The translations under genes were made by a program, and so were the position numbers. Positions 29,968 to 39,199 of a stretch of DNA of 64,000 bases are shown here, piece after piece. Within the stretch, counting starts at the first letter, position 1, and every line of letters begins with the position of its first letter. Below the pieces are notes generated by a model that was given only the letters and a program-made list of their open reading frames with translations, ran no database searches and was not told the origin of the DNA. The stretch comes from Candidatus Moranbacteria bacterium RIFOXYB1_FULL_43_19 (GTDB taxonomy: Bacteria; Patescibacteriota; Minisyncoccia; Moranbacterales; UBA11712): assembly GCA_001784875.1 (NCBI GenBank), contig MFSH01000008.1:1555-65554 (forward strand), written 5' to 3'.

Positions 29968-30711
29968 ATGAAAAATTTATTTAAGAAAATAATTCAGCAT
30001 TATCTGAAATTATTTACCAAAATCATTCTTTGGCGGCACAAGCCGTTCATTGTAGCTGTGGCCGGAAGTACGAACAAGACCACGACCAAAGACTACATTC
30101 TCAAATTTCTGCGGGAAAAATACGGAGAAAAAGAGGTCCGGGGAAACCCGAAATCCTACAATACCGAAATCGGACTGCCTCTGGCGATCCTTTATCTTAA
30201 TTCCGGCGAATCCTCGGCGCTGCGCTGGCTGAAAATTCTTGTCCAGGCCAAAATACGGGCCCTGTTCGGACGAAAATTCCCTAAAAAACTGGTGCTTGAG
30301 TTTGGCGTGGAGGAAAAAGGGGATATGAAATATCTTCTTGAAATGGTTCGGCCGAACGTAGCTATCGTCACCAATATTGAAGGGAGCTATACCTACTCAA
30401 ATTCAGGCCTTGAAAAAATTTTTGAAGAAATGAAGATTATGGCGGAAAATATTCCCAAGGATGGATATATTCTTCTCAATGCTGATGACGAGCGGGTGAA
30501 TGGGCTTAAAAAACACACGAAAGCGAAAACGTTCACCTATGGATTTTCCGAGAATGCGGATGCCCGGGCGGAAAATTTGAAAACCGACGCCCAGGGCCAG
30601 ACATTCGGTTTTGTTTTTCAGGGCAAAAAAGAGTTTGTCCGGATAAAAAAATACGGCCGGACGAACATATATGCCTGGATGGCAGCAAAAGTGGTGAAAA
30701 ATATTTTGTGA
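29968..30711 (+). CDS. Truncated Mur-ligase-like protein (MurF-like central domain only)
   Basis: VAVAGSTNKTTTK, SYNTEIGLPL, VLEFG, LNADD; no C-terminal domain. Confidence 0.75.
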   Translation: MKNLFKKIIQHYLKLFTKIILWRHKPFIVAVAGSTNKTTTKDYILKFLREKYGEKEVRGNPKSYNTEIGLPLAILYLNSGESSALRWLKILVQAKIRALFGRKFPKKLVLEFGVEEKGDMKYLLEMVRPNVAIVTNIEGSYTYSNSGLEKIFEEMKIMAENIPKDGYILLNADDERVNGLKKHTKAKTFTYGFSENADARAENLKTDAQGQTFGFVFQGKKEFVRIKKYGRTNIYAWMAAKVVKNIL

Positions 30712-30748
30712 AAGCGTAATTCCTAAGATCGGATCTTAGGAAAAAAAT

Positions 30749-31627
30749 ATGGCTTTTTTCCGCAAAAAAGAAAAAAACAAAAGTTGGAAGCGCAAGAAAA
30801 CAAAAATATATTCCGGTGTGCCGAAAAGGGAAAAACAAGAAAAAAAGGGCCGCTTCAGTCGATTCCTTTTTTGGATCTTGCTTTTGGGATTTTTGGGAGT
30901 ATGTGGATACCTTCTTTTTTTCTCGCCTTTTTTGGATGTGGACTCCATAGCTGTCGATGGAAACAAAGAAATACCGTCGGAGCAAATAGTCGAAAAAGCG
31001 AACGGCGCAATAGAAGGAAAATATTGGGGCTATCTTTCGAAACGTAATTTTCTCCTTGTCAGCAAGAATGCCATAAATAGTCAGCTGAAAAGCAGCTTCA
31101 ACCGGCTCGAAATTTCTTCAATCGAAAAAAAGTTTCCCCGGACAATTTTTATCAAAGTCAAGGAGCGCCAGCCGGAGCTTGTCTGGTGCAGCGGGGGAGT
31201 CTGCTATCTGGCTGACAAAAACGGCCTGATCTATTCCGGAGCCAACGCGACAGACGAACAGATAAACAAAGAACGTTTTCTGGTCGCGATTGATGACAAC
31301 GCCCGGCCGGTTGAAATAGGAAAAAATACTCTCGGCGAAAACTTCATCCAATATCTCAAAGAGATTGACGCGGTTCTTGTAAATGACCTCGGGTTTTCAA
31401 TTGACGGAAAATACCATACCCCCGCCCTTTCTTCGCAGGAAATCATTGTGAAAATCAAAGAGGGTGAAGGCTGGACGCTGAAGCTTTCCAGCTTGATTTC
31501 CCCCGGGGAGACAAAAAAAATTCTCGAAACGGTTTTCGAGAAGGATCTATCGGGGGACAAAAGGATCCGATTGGAATATTTGGATTTGAGGGTGAAGGGT
31601 AAGGTGTATTATAAACTTAGGTCATAA
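30749..31627 (+). CDS. ftsQ: Cell division protein FtsQ/DivIB-like (POTRA)
   Basis: Basic N-terminus, TM, POTRA (VDGN, KKFPRTI.I.VKER), C-terminal YLDLR. Confidence 0.8.
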   Translation: MAFFRKKEKNKSWKRKKTKIYSGVPKREKQEKKGRFSRFLFWILLLGFLGVCGYLLFFSPFLDVDSIAVDGNKEIPSEQIVEKANGAIEGKYWGYLSKRNFLLVSKNAINSQLKSSFNRLEISSIEKKFPRTIFIKVKERQPELVWCSGGVCYLADKNGLIYSGANATDEQINKERFLVAIDDNARPVEIGKNTLGENFIQYLKEIDAVLVNDLGFSIDGKYHTPALSSQEIIVKIKEGEGWTLKLSSLISPGETKKILETVFEKDLSGDKRIRLEYLDLRVKGKVYYKLRS

Positions 31628-31769
31628 GAAACAAGCGGTGGGCGGTGGGTCTAGCCGTGGGCCATTAGTTATTAGTTTCCCATGACCCAAGACCGGTGAC
31701 CTGCCCCATTACCAATGACCTAGTTACCAATGACTTATTATTGCTCCAAAGTTCAAGATAATATAGAAA

Positions 31770-33563
31770 TTATTCTATTTTGTATATTAAAATTGAGTAT
31801 CCAATCGTGGCATAAGGTTCCCGTTCCCGCAGCCACTCGTAGTCCGGTTTTCCTTCTGTGATTTTGTAGTAGAGTGAATTCTGGATGAAAGTCGCCGAAA
31901 TAGCATACCAGCCGGGTTCTTGTCCTGAATCGGCGTGCCAGATGACGGCTTTTGAACCGAGATAGTGGACAACATCTCCGCCGCCAAAATAGTCAACCCG
32001 GATTTTGTCGATGTTGTTTTCGTCCACGAAACTTTTGAGGCGCTTCAAATCCTGGCCCCAGTCAACATTGGAATCGGTTACGTATTTGTAGCCGTTTTTT
32101 GATCCGCCGATGGTTTCGTTGAAATAGGCGAGATAATAGGGATAGGCAAAGGCGGTTTCGGCGACTAGCCAGAGCAAAAGAACAGCCACAACCGCTGAAT
32201 AAATTTTCCTCGTTTTTCCCCGCAACCTCGCCCAAAGAAAAATAATTTCTTTGGAAATAAGAATATACATGAACGGCAGGATCGGAAAAAGGTGCCGAAA
32301 GCCAATATTGAGATTTCCGGTGATGCTCACATAGGCATAGAGGGCGACAAAAAGGAGCATGGCGGTTTCGGCGATGTGGCCATCCAGATAATTTTTGGCG
32401 TTTTTCCAAATATGCCGCGGAAAATCAGCCAAGTTGTTGCGCAGGATGAAATAGATAGAGATAGCGAGCGCGCTAAGAAGCAAGATAAGAATTGGCAAAG
32501 GCTCTTTGATGAGAAAGACAAGCGGAAAGTATTCGCGGAAACTCTGGTTTGTCACTTGGCCGAAGAAATAGGTCGTGTTCCCCCCGGCAACGCGCCCAAA
32601 GACCATGAAAAATCCGGTGAAGTATTGGGCCAGAGGCCTCAAGACGGGGCTGTCTGCCATTTTGTGAAGATAAGGCGCCGCGATGTTTTGCGTTCCGCCA
32701 TAAAGCTGCGTGTCAATAAGTTGGTGGACTTTTTCCGCCGGCATTTTATATATATTGGCTTCATACACAACCCAGATCATGGCAAAACAAACGATCACAA
32801 TGACTGCAAAGGTGGCGGCGTAGTGGCAAAATTTCTGGAGCCAGAACTTCTTGATCTTGCTGATGCCCCAAAAAGAATATTTCAGCTTGTCTTTTCGGAA
32901 AAATATGCAAATAAGAAGCGATAATCCAAAAATGGGGAAAAGAAGCACGGCCGAAAATTTGGCCAGCTGGGCGAGGCCCAAAAAAACTCCAGCCAGCGCT
33001 GTCATCTTCCAGCTTGGATCTTTGAGATATTTGACGAAAAAATAAAAGGCGAAAACAGAAAAAGCGGCAATTCCGAGATCGGTTGTCACATAGTGGTCGT
33101 GGCCCAAAATATTGGGGTCAAAGGCGTAAAGAACGAGTGCCAGAAGTCCCGCTTTGACGCCAAAAAGCTCCTTGGCCCATTTGAAAATGAAAAATCCTAA
33201 AAGAAGAGAAAGCAGGACAATCGGAAATCTCGACCAAAAAATTATTTTTTCCGTATCGTTTCCGGGCAGATACATAAAGCGCCAGCCAGCGTTCCATTGT
33301 CCGTTGGCGTCAGTTGCCCAGAACTGTTCATCGGTCGGAAAAGTGACGTTCAGGAATTGGAGCGGGATGCCGGCCAGGTCCTTGAGAATGGGGGGATGCT
33401 CCGGATTGAGGCGATAGTCGTGATATTTAATATATGAGTATCCCGACGGAATATGGGCTACTTCATCCATAATGGCCGCGTCGCCAAGCGCTGTGCCAAT
33501 AGAAATGGCAAGCATGATTGCCAAAATCGCAGCAACGATATACTTTTGGTATTTTTCGAGCAT
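31770..33563 (-). CDS. GT-C membrane glycosyltransferase (ArnT/PMT-like)
   Basis: MDEVAHI, EHPP, VTTDLG, AKFSA, DSNVDWGQD; multi-TM. Confidence 0.85.
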   Translation of the reverse strand: MLEKYQKYIVAAILAIMLAISIGTALGDAAIMDEVAHIPSGYSYIKYHDYRLNPEHPPILKDLAGIPLQFLNVTFPTDEQFWATDANGQWNAGWRFMYLPGNDTEKIIFWSRFPIVLLSLLLGFFIFKWAKELFGVKAGLLALVLYAFDPNILGHDHYVTTDLGIAAFSVFAFYFFVKYLKDPSWKMTALAGVFLGLAQLAKFSAVLLFPIFGLSLLICIFFRKDKLKYSFWGISKIKKFWLQKFCHYAATFAVIVIVCFAMIWVVYEANIYKMPAEKVHQLIDTQLYGGTQNIAAPYLHKMADSPVLRPLAQYFTGFFMVFGRVAGGNTTYFFGQVTNQSFREYFPLVFLIKEPLPILILLLSALAISIYFILRNNLADFPRHIWKNAKNYLDGHIAETAMLLFVALYAYVSITGNLNIGFRHLFPILPFMYILISKEIIFLWARLRGKTRKIYSAVVAVLLLWLVAETAFAYPYYLAYFNETIGGSKNGYKYVTDSNVDWGQDLKRLKSFVDENNIDKIRVDYFGGGDVVHYLGSKAVIWHADSGQEPGWYAISATFIQNSLYYKITEGKPDYEWLREREPYATIGYSILIYKIE

Positions 33564-33656
33564 GATTTCGAATTTTTAATTTTATAATTTTTAAATAATG
33601 TCCAAATTTTTAATGTTTTAAAATTAGATCATTAAAAATGATTTAAAAATCAAAAA

Positions 33657-35429
33657 TTAATTTACGTTTATAACATAATAATCCGTCCCATTTCCGGGCT
33701 GGGGATCGAGCTTTTGGACATAGGCTCCCGGGAAAATTGATTTTGTTTTGGCGATGATTTCGCCGTCATAATACATAAGAACTATCTTGGCCGGCGCCTT
33801 GACGGTTTTCGGGTCGAAGTCGACGGGACGGAAATAGGCAATTTCCGGAGTCGGATAATGCGTTAGAACTTTTATCGCTTCGGCCGAGACAGGCAGGCCA
33901 TCGTCCATGATCTGGCCCCCGGCATTGGCAATGACGTATTTATTCACGTTGGGCGGAAGATTATTGAGATAAAGGGCCATATTTTTGAAATTTTGGGAAA
34001 AAGCGGCGTGAATGTCAGGGGCGCTGGCCCAGTCGATGAAATATGTTTTGATGGCGGCAAATCCAGACCAGGCAATGAGAATGATCAGCGCGGCGCGGCC
34101 GAGCTGGGCGGCAGGAAGCCGGAAATTTCTGGTTTTCATATGGTCGAGAAACCGGAAAATCATTTCCACGGCAAAAGCGGCAATGAGAATAGCAGCCGGG
34201 AGGGCTCCAATGGTCCGAAGAGCGTGGGGAAGGCCTTCGTAGGTGAGAAGTCCCGGCAGAAGCATGGCCACAAGCCAGGAAAGGAGAAGGACAGAGACCA
34301 CAAATTCCTGGCTTCTTTTCCTAAACCTGATTCTCTGATAAAGCCAATAGAAGAAATGGTAAATCAAAATGATTATCCCAATCAGGAAAAATATTCCCGT
34401 CCATGACTGAAGCTCTGGCTGGGAGGGAAAATTATGCCGCCAGTTCTGGTCACCTTTCACATTGAACATTCCAAAAGTCTTGCTGGTACTTTCCCAAAGA
34501 GCCGGCAGAAGATGGCCCTGGTTAACTTTTGGCGAAAGGACAGAAACAGATTCGGATCGGGTTTCAAAATATTCGGGATGCAGCCAAAAAGTGAGAAGCA
34601 TCGGAAGGGCGACAAAAAAAGCAGCTGAAAAGAAAGCCAGAATCGGCCTCCAGTGTTCGCGGAGGAACTTTTTCTTTGAAATGAGGAAAGCGATGAAAAG
34701 GGCAACGAGAATCGCCGGGGCGATCCGGAAGGCGATGTAACCGTGGATTCCAAGGCCGAAAAACACGCCGGCCAAAATATAATCATAGACCCCGCACCAA
34801 TTTTTTATATTAAAAAAAGATCCTAATTTTTCTCCCAAACTTTTTTGTCTTCGGGAAATTGATGCGGGGCAAGCTTTTTTCTCGCGCAGGCCCTTGAAAA
34901 GAAAATAAAAGGCAAAAACAAGGACGAACGGCAGCATGTTGGCGCGAAAAGAAATGCGGTTGAAATTGATGGCCCAAAAAGAAGTGGCGTATAGAAAACC
35001 GGCGACCAGTCCGGTCCGGTAGGTGCCGAAAAGCTCGCGGGCAAGAAGCATCATCCCGGCCACTGTCAATGCGCCGAAAAAGACCGACCACATTTTGAGA
35101 GTAATGATGCTGACGCCGAAGAATTTGAATCCCAAAGCAATGAGATTCATGAAAAGTCCCTCACGCCCATAGTTATTGGGATAGAACCACTGAAATTGGC
35201 CGGTTTCGAGAGCGTTGATGGCGTCGGTCCCATTGACAGCCTCATCCGGATAAACTCCGGGAGGCAACGTCGTGATATGATATGTCCTTGCCAGAATAGC
35301 AATCGCAAAAATCGAAGCCGCGACTGTCAAATAGAAAAATCGATGTTGGAGAAAAGAGTTATCTTTCCAAACAGCAGCTATTCTGTCCTTGAGGGCAGGT
35401 TTTTTTTGCTTTTTTGTTTTACTTTTCAT
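33657..35429 (-). CDS. GT-C membrane glycosyltransferase (ArnT/PMT-like) with an in-frame 84-nt insertion
   Basis: PPGVYPDEA, NNYGREG, RISFRA, GDQNWRHN, PHALR; start uncertain. Confidence 0.85.
   Translation of the reverse strand: MKSKTKKQKKPALKDRIAAVWKDNSFLQHRFFYLTVAASIFAIAILARTYHITTLPPGVYPDEAVNGTDAINALETGQFQWFYPNNYGREGLFMNLIALGFKFFGVSIITLKMWSVFFGALTVAGMMLLARELFGTYRTGLVAGFLYATSFWAINFNRISFRANMLPFVLVFAFYFLFKGLREKKACPASISRRQKSLGEKLGSFFNIKNWCGVYDYILAGVFFGLGIHGYIAFRIAPAILVALFIAFLISKKKFLREHWRPILAFFSAAFFVALPMLLTFWLHPEYFETRSESVSVLSPKVNQGHLLPALWESTSKTFGMFNVKGDQNWRHNFPSQPELQSWTGIFFLIGIIILIYHFFYWLYQRIRFRKRSQEFVVSVLLLSWLVAMLLPGLLTYEGLPHALRTIGALPAAILIAAFAVEMIFRFLDHMKTRNFRLPAAQLGRAALIILIAWSGFAAIKTYFIDWASAPDIHAAFSQNFKNMALYLNNLPPNVNKYVIANAGGQIMDDGLPVSAEAIKVLTHYPTPEIAYFRPVDFDPKTVKAPAKIVLMYYDGEIIAKTKSIFPGAYVQKLDPQPGNGTDYYVINVN
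34790..34873. mobile_element. 84-nt inverted-repeat element inserted in frame
   Basis: CCCCGCACCAATTT...AAATTGATGCGGGG-CAAG; removal gives ...LREKK-VYDYILAG... Confidence 0.8.
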
Positions 35430-35577
35430 TTCTGTTTTAGAAGTTATTCCGATGATCATATTATACATCAAAACCCCGAGGCTTGACAATATCATTTTTT
35501 CGTAGTAAGCAGAAGGCAGATATACAAGGCGTTTTGCAATGTCAGGCGCTTAAATTTCAGGCGGGAGGGGAAAGGAA

Positions 35578-36435
35578 ATGGTAAAAAAATTGTGGATTTT
35601 TCGGATTTTTTTCTTTTTTTCTTTGATATTTAGCACGAATGCCTTTGCCGCTGACCGGCAGGGCGTGTGGGAAGCTCTGCACTTTGATCGTCTGTATCAG
35701 GAGTATGTGCTTTGGCACCAATGGGCTGACAGCGGAAAAGTCAAGTTTGAGATCTCAAAGTATTCACTCATCGGTGACCAAGAAAAAGAAGAAGTTTTCT
35801 GTTCCGGAGAAATTGAAGCCAACTCCATTCTTATCGCCAAAGATTTTTTCAATGGCGATGATGGCATCGTTTTTGCCCGGAGAGAGGGGAGTTCTGGAAA
35901 TTTGAGTTATTCTTTCTTCTGTTTCTATCCATATGCCAGAAAACTGGAAAAAGTTTTCCCGGAACGGTTTCTGGAATGCGGCTCCCTCACGGTCGAAGGT
36001 GGACGCCTGATCGAATGGTCAAGCTTGAGGTCCACGGTCATAGAGCTCGAAGATGGAAAAGTTATTTTCAAAGATGAAATTGTGGGTAAAAATCTTCTTC
36101 TCTATGCCGGCGGATATGTCATTTCCTTCAATATGAGTGACGGAAAAATATCTGCTCGGCTGGGGGAAATTATCCGCCGCAAAAAAAAGGTAATCACAAT
36201 GGATCGAGGTGCCCTTGCCAACGGCTCGACCATAAATATACCAGTTGGCCAGGGCATAATACTGATCCGGACCGACAGGATCACGACCTGTGAAAAAATC
36301 AGGATTGAGGGAGAAGCGCTTAAGATAATCACGCCCAATGTTTCCATCGGCGACAAAAAAGGAGAGAGCCGAATTTCGATCGAGTATAATCATAGCCAGC
36401 CCCATTCTTTTGAACTGAAAGTCAGGGCGAATTGA
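35578..36435 (+). CDS. Secreted hypothetical protein
   Basis: Signal peptide ending AFA, purine-rich RBS, TTGACA upstream at about 35483. Confidence 0.75.
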   Translation: MVKKLWIFRIFFFFSLIFSTNAFAADRQGVWEALHFDRLYQEYVLWHQWADSGKVKFEISKYSLIGDQEKEEVFCSGEIEANSILIAKDFFNGDDGIVFARREGSSGNLSYSFFCFYPYARKLEKVFPERFLECGSLTVEGGRLIEWSSLRSTVIELEDGKVIFKDEIVGKNLLLYAGGYVISFNMSDGKISARLGEIIRRKKKVITMDRGALANGSTINIPVGQGIILIRTDRITTCEKIRIEGEALKIITPNVSIGDKKGESRISIEYNHSQPHSFELKVRAN

Positions 36436-36521
36436 ATGGGTGTCCAAATTTTTAAGCTTCCGGTGCCAAACTGCGTGGATTCCACGCGGGGCAGCGCCGG
36501 GGCTTTTTTTATAGAAAAAAC

Positions 36522-36622
36522 CTTGCCCCGTACCAATTCTGCGCAATATACACCAAACATCGCAGGCAAATTAAAATTATCTTCTAACAAGCTGCTGATA
36601 CGGCAGAAAAATTGGTGCGGGG
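36522..36622. mobile_element. Miniature inverted-repeat element, reverse orientation (CTTG tail on the left)
   Basis: CTTG-CCCCGTACCAATT ... AATTGGTGCGGGG. Confidence 0.72.
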
Positions 36623-36700
36623 TTATCCACACCGCCGGATGTTGTTCTCTCCAGAAAGTTTTTGTGGTATAATTCTGGAAAAGAAAAGAAAATTTTTTCC

Positions 36701-39187
36701 ATGGTAAACAAAAAACCATCACAAACGGGCGGGAGAATTGAAGTTGGTACAATATCGCCAACTGGACCAGCTAGGCAAGTTGAAAATCCAGAAAAAAAAG
36801 AGCTCAAGTTGACCAAAGAAGAGGAAAGAAAAATCGCCCAAGACATCCAAATTCTTTCCGGAAAATACGATTTTGCCAAACTTTTGCGGCAAAAGGGTTT
36901 CGATGTGACAGATACAGACGGAGAAGAATTCAGAATATTTGTTTTGAACAATATGGGTGATCTTCAGGGCGCCCTGCTGTCATATTTGGAAGAAGAATAT
37001 GGGACGCAAAAATTGAAGCAAGAAATTCTTGGAAACGGAAACCTTGCAAGCGAATTTTTTGAAGCTGAAATGGAAAAACAGACGGGAGAATATTATTGCA
37101 AATTTTTGAACAGCCAGAATGAATTGAGTGAAAAACAAGGCCGGAATTTTGACCGGATGAACCTTGAGAAACACTCAGATGTTGTTTTGAAATCAGCGGC
37201 AGAAGTCCTGTCAGAAGCCGTGGACCAAAAAGAGCTGAAAGAAAAAATAGAAGCAGCTGTCGAGGAAAAAATTCAAAAAATTATGCAAGCCATGGACGGG
37301 CTGGATCAAGACGGGTTGCGAAAAAGTGGAGTGGATCCGGACGCTCTCGAAGCAGAAAAGAAATCTTTCTTAGAAAAGGAGAAACAGAAAATTATCGAAC
37401 ATTGTCTGGAAAGATTCCAAAAAGGTTCTGAAGCGGGACCACTGCCTCAAGATCCCGAACAAATTGTTTTTTGGACGAACTATTTCACGAACTCCGCTTT
37501 CAGCCATAAGGGTGACGAAAATCTCCGGAAGGCCTTCGGAAAAGCGTTTCCAAAAACTGTGGGCGGGACAGAAAAATCCGAAATGGACAACAGGGCGGAT
37601 CCCAATGCCACTCCCGAGAGGTTGATTGCCGAACACGGGCTATATAGCGCCAAAACGCCGAATTTGGATGAAATGCTGGGAAAAAGTCCTTCTAAAGAAG
37701 AAGCTTTGCAACGGCTCAAAGAAAATATGCGCAAGTTTTTGGATGATTTCACGACGCACGGGATGCTCGGTCCCCCCGATCCGGAAACAGGAGAGCGCCA
37801 AATTTTGCCGCGGTCTGATCTGGACGGACAGGCTTGCGTGCTGCTTCTCAAAAAAGCGGGCTTCAATTTGGACAAATTGAAATACGTGAAACAGGGCGAG
37901 GAGCCGGAATCGGGCTGGGCATTTGACATAACCAAGGAGCACGGCTATGTCCTGAAAGACGGAGGCCGGGTTCTCATCACCAACGATTCAAACAAAGAAT
38001 CCGGAAAAGACAGTTCGGCCAAGTTTATCTTCGAGGGGCTCAAAAATTTTGGCCTGCTTGACCAGATTGGAAAAGAGGAAATGAAGGCTCTTGAAAAATT
38101 TGTCGAATTTGTGACAAAAGAAGACAACAAAGACTACACCGACCACGAAGCGAAGCAAATCATTGACCATTATCCCAAAAATCTGGCGGGACTGCGCAGA
38201 TTCTTGACGGACGAGGACTTGCTTCGGGTTTTTGAAGAACAGGTAAAGGAAAAAAAATATTTCAACCCATATATGGCTTTGCCGGGCATATATCTGGAAA
38301 ATCTTTCCTATCGCGATCCGGCAACGGGCGAACCGATGAAATTCGAGCAGGTTTCGAAAAAACTCCATAATTCCAAAAAATATTCTTTGGAATCGATCAG
38401 CGATTCGGAGAGCAAGGGATTCTTCATTGACACGGGCGACGGGCGTTTTGGAAAAGTTTTGATTGACTCCGGAAGGCTCGACGCGCAGGGAGTCCGGAGA
38501 AGAAAAATCGGCTTGGGTTATGATGCAGCGAGAAGCGAGGGATTTGGAGCCTATGTGGTTTTTGACGAAGAAGGCAAATATTTTTCCGTCCAAACCGTGA
38601 AAGACATGGACTTTGAATTTGGTCAGGGAATGGAAGTTAGCAAGCGGTATTGGCTTTTCACAGGAGACAGGAAATTGGAGGTGAATCTGGAGGAAATACT
38701 CAAAAAATTGAGTGGCAATCCGGATTATCAGATGGAAGCCGGTCTCAAAGAAGCTCTGGAAAAAGAGAAAAAAGAAATTGAAGAAACAGAAAAAAGAGTG
38801 AATCTTCTCTTTGATGGGTTGAAAATCGGGGCGATTGAAGCAGGAATGCCCGAAGATATTTCCGCCCTTTCAGGCGAAGAAAAAAAGAAAGCCGAGGCGA
38901 AATTCAGGCTTCTGGAAGAAACAAAAACGCTTGCGCGGAAGATTGCGGGCGCTGTATCAGTGAAGGATGTCGAATATTTTTTGGCGAGCGTCTTGGGAGA
39001 GAAAAACTTTGAACAATATGCCAGTTTGAGGGACAAGGAAACAGATCCGGGAAAAAGAGAAAGATTTGGCAATGTAGTCAAAAAAGCATCGCGTGATTTT
39101 TTGGAAAAAAGAGGCTATAATAAGGATGAAGCAAAACAAGTTGTCAACTTATTTTTCAAAATAACGGATCTAAGGTTTACCAAATAA
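36701..39187 (+). CDS. Large hypothetical protein with a possible degenerate DHH-like domain
   Basis: 828 aa from ATG 36701; HG...RSDLDG.ACVLLL resembles DHH motif I, but no DHH triad is visible. Confidence 0.75.
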   Translation: MVNKKPSQTGGRIEVGTISPTGPARQVENPEKKELKLTKEEERKIAQDIQILSGKYDFAKLLRQKGFDVTDTDGEEFRIFVLNNMGDLQGALLSYLEEEYGTQKLKQEILGNGNLASEFFEAEMEKQTGEYYCKFLNSQNELSEKQGRNFDRMNLEKHSDVVLKSAAEVLSEAVDQKELKEKIEAAVEEKIQKIMQAMDGLDQDGLRKSGVDPDALEAEKKSFLEKEKQKIIEHCLERFQKGSEAGPLPQDPEQIVFWTNYFTNSAFSHKGDENLRKAFGKAFPKTVGGTEKSEMDNRADPNATPERLIAEHGLYSAKTPNLDEMLGKSPSKEEALQRLKENMRKFLDDFTTHGMLGPPDPETGERQILPRSDLDGQACVLLLKKAGFNLDKLKYVKQGEEPESGWAFDITKEHGYVLKDGGRVLITNDSNKESGKDSSAKFIFEGLKNFGLLDQIGKEEMKALEKFVEFVTKEDNKDYTDHEAKQIIDHYPKNLAGLRRFLTDEDLLRVFEEQVKEKKYFNPYMALPGIYLENLSYRDPATGEPMKFEQVSKKLHNSKKYSLESISDSESKGFFIDTGDGRFGKVLIDSGRLDAQGVRRRKIGLGYDAARSEGFGAYVVFDEEGKYFSVQTVKDMDFEFGQGMEVSKRYWLFTGDRKLEVNLEEILKKLSGNPDYQMEAGLKEALEKEKKEIEETEKRVNLLFDGLKIGAIEAGMPEDISALSGEEKKKAEAKFRLLEETKTLARKIAGAVSVKDVEYFLASVLGEKNFEQYASLRDKETDPGKRERFGNVVKKASRDFLEKRGYNKDEAKQVVNLFFKITDLRFTK

Positions 39188-39199
39188 AAAATAAATTTT

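Noticed and set aside
36623-36631. DnaA box TTATCCACA as oriC
   Set aside because: Single box; no cluster and no dnaA/dnaN nearby.
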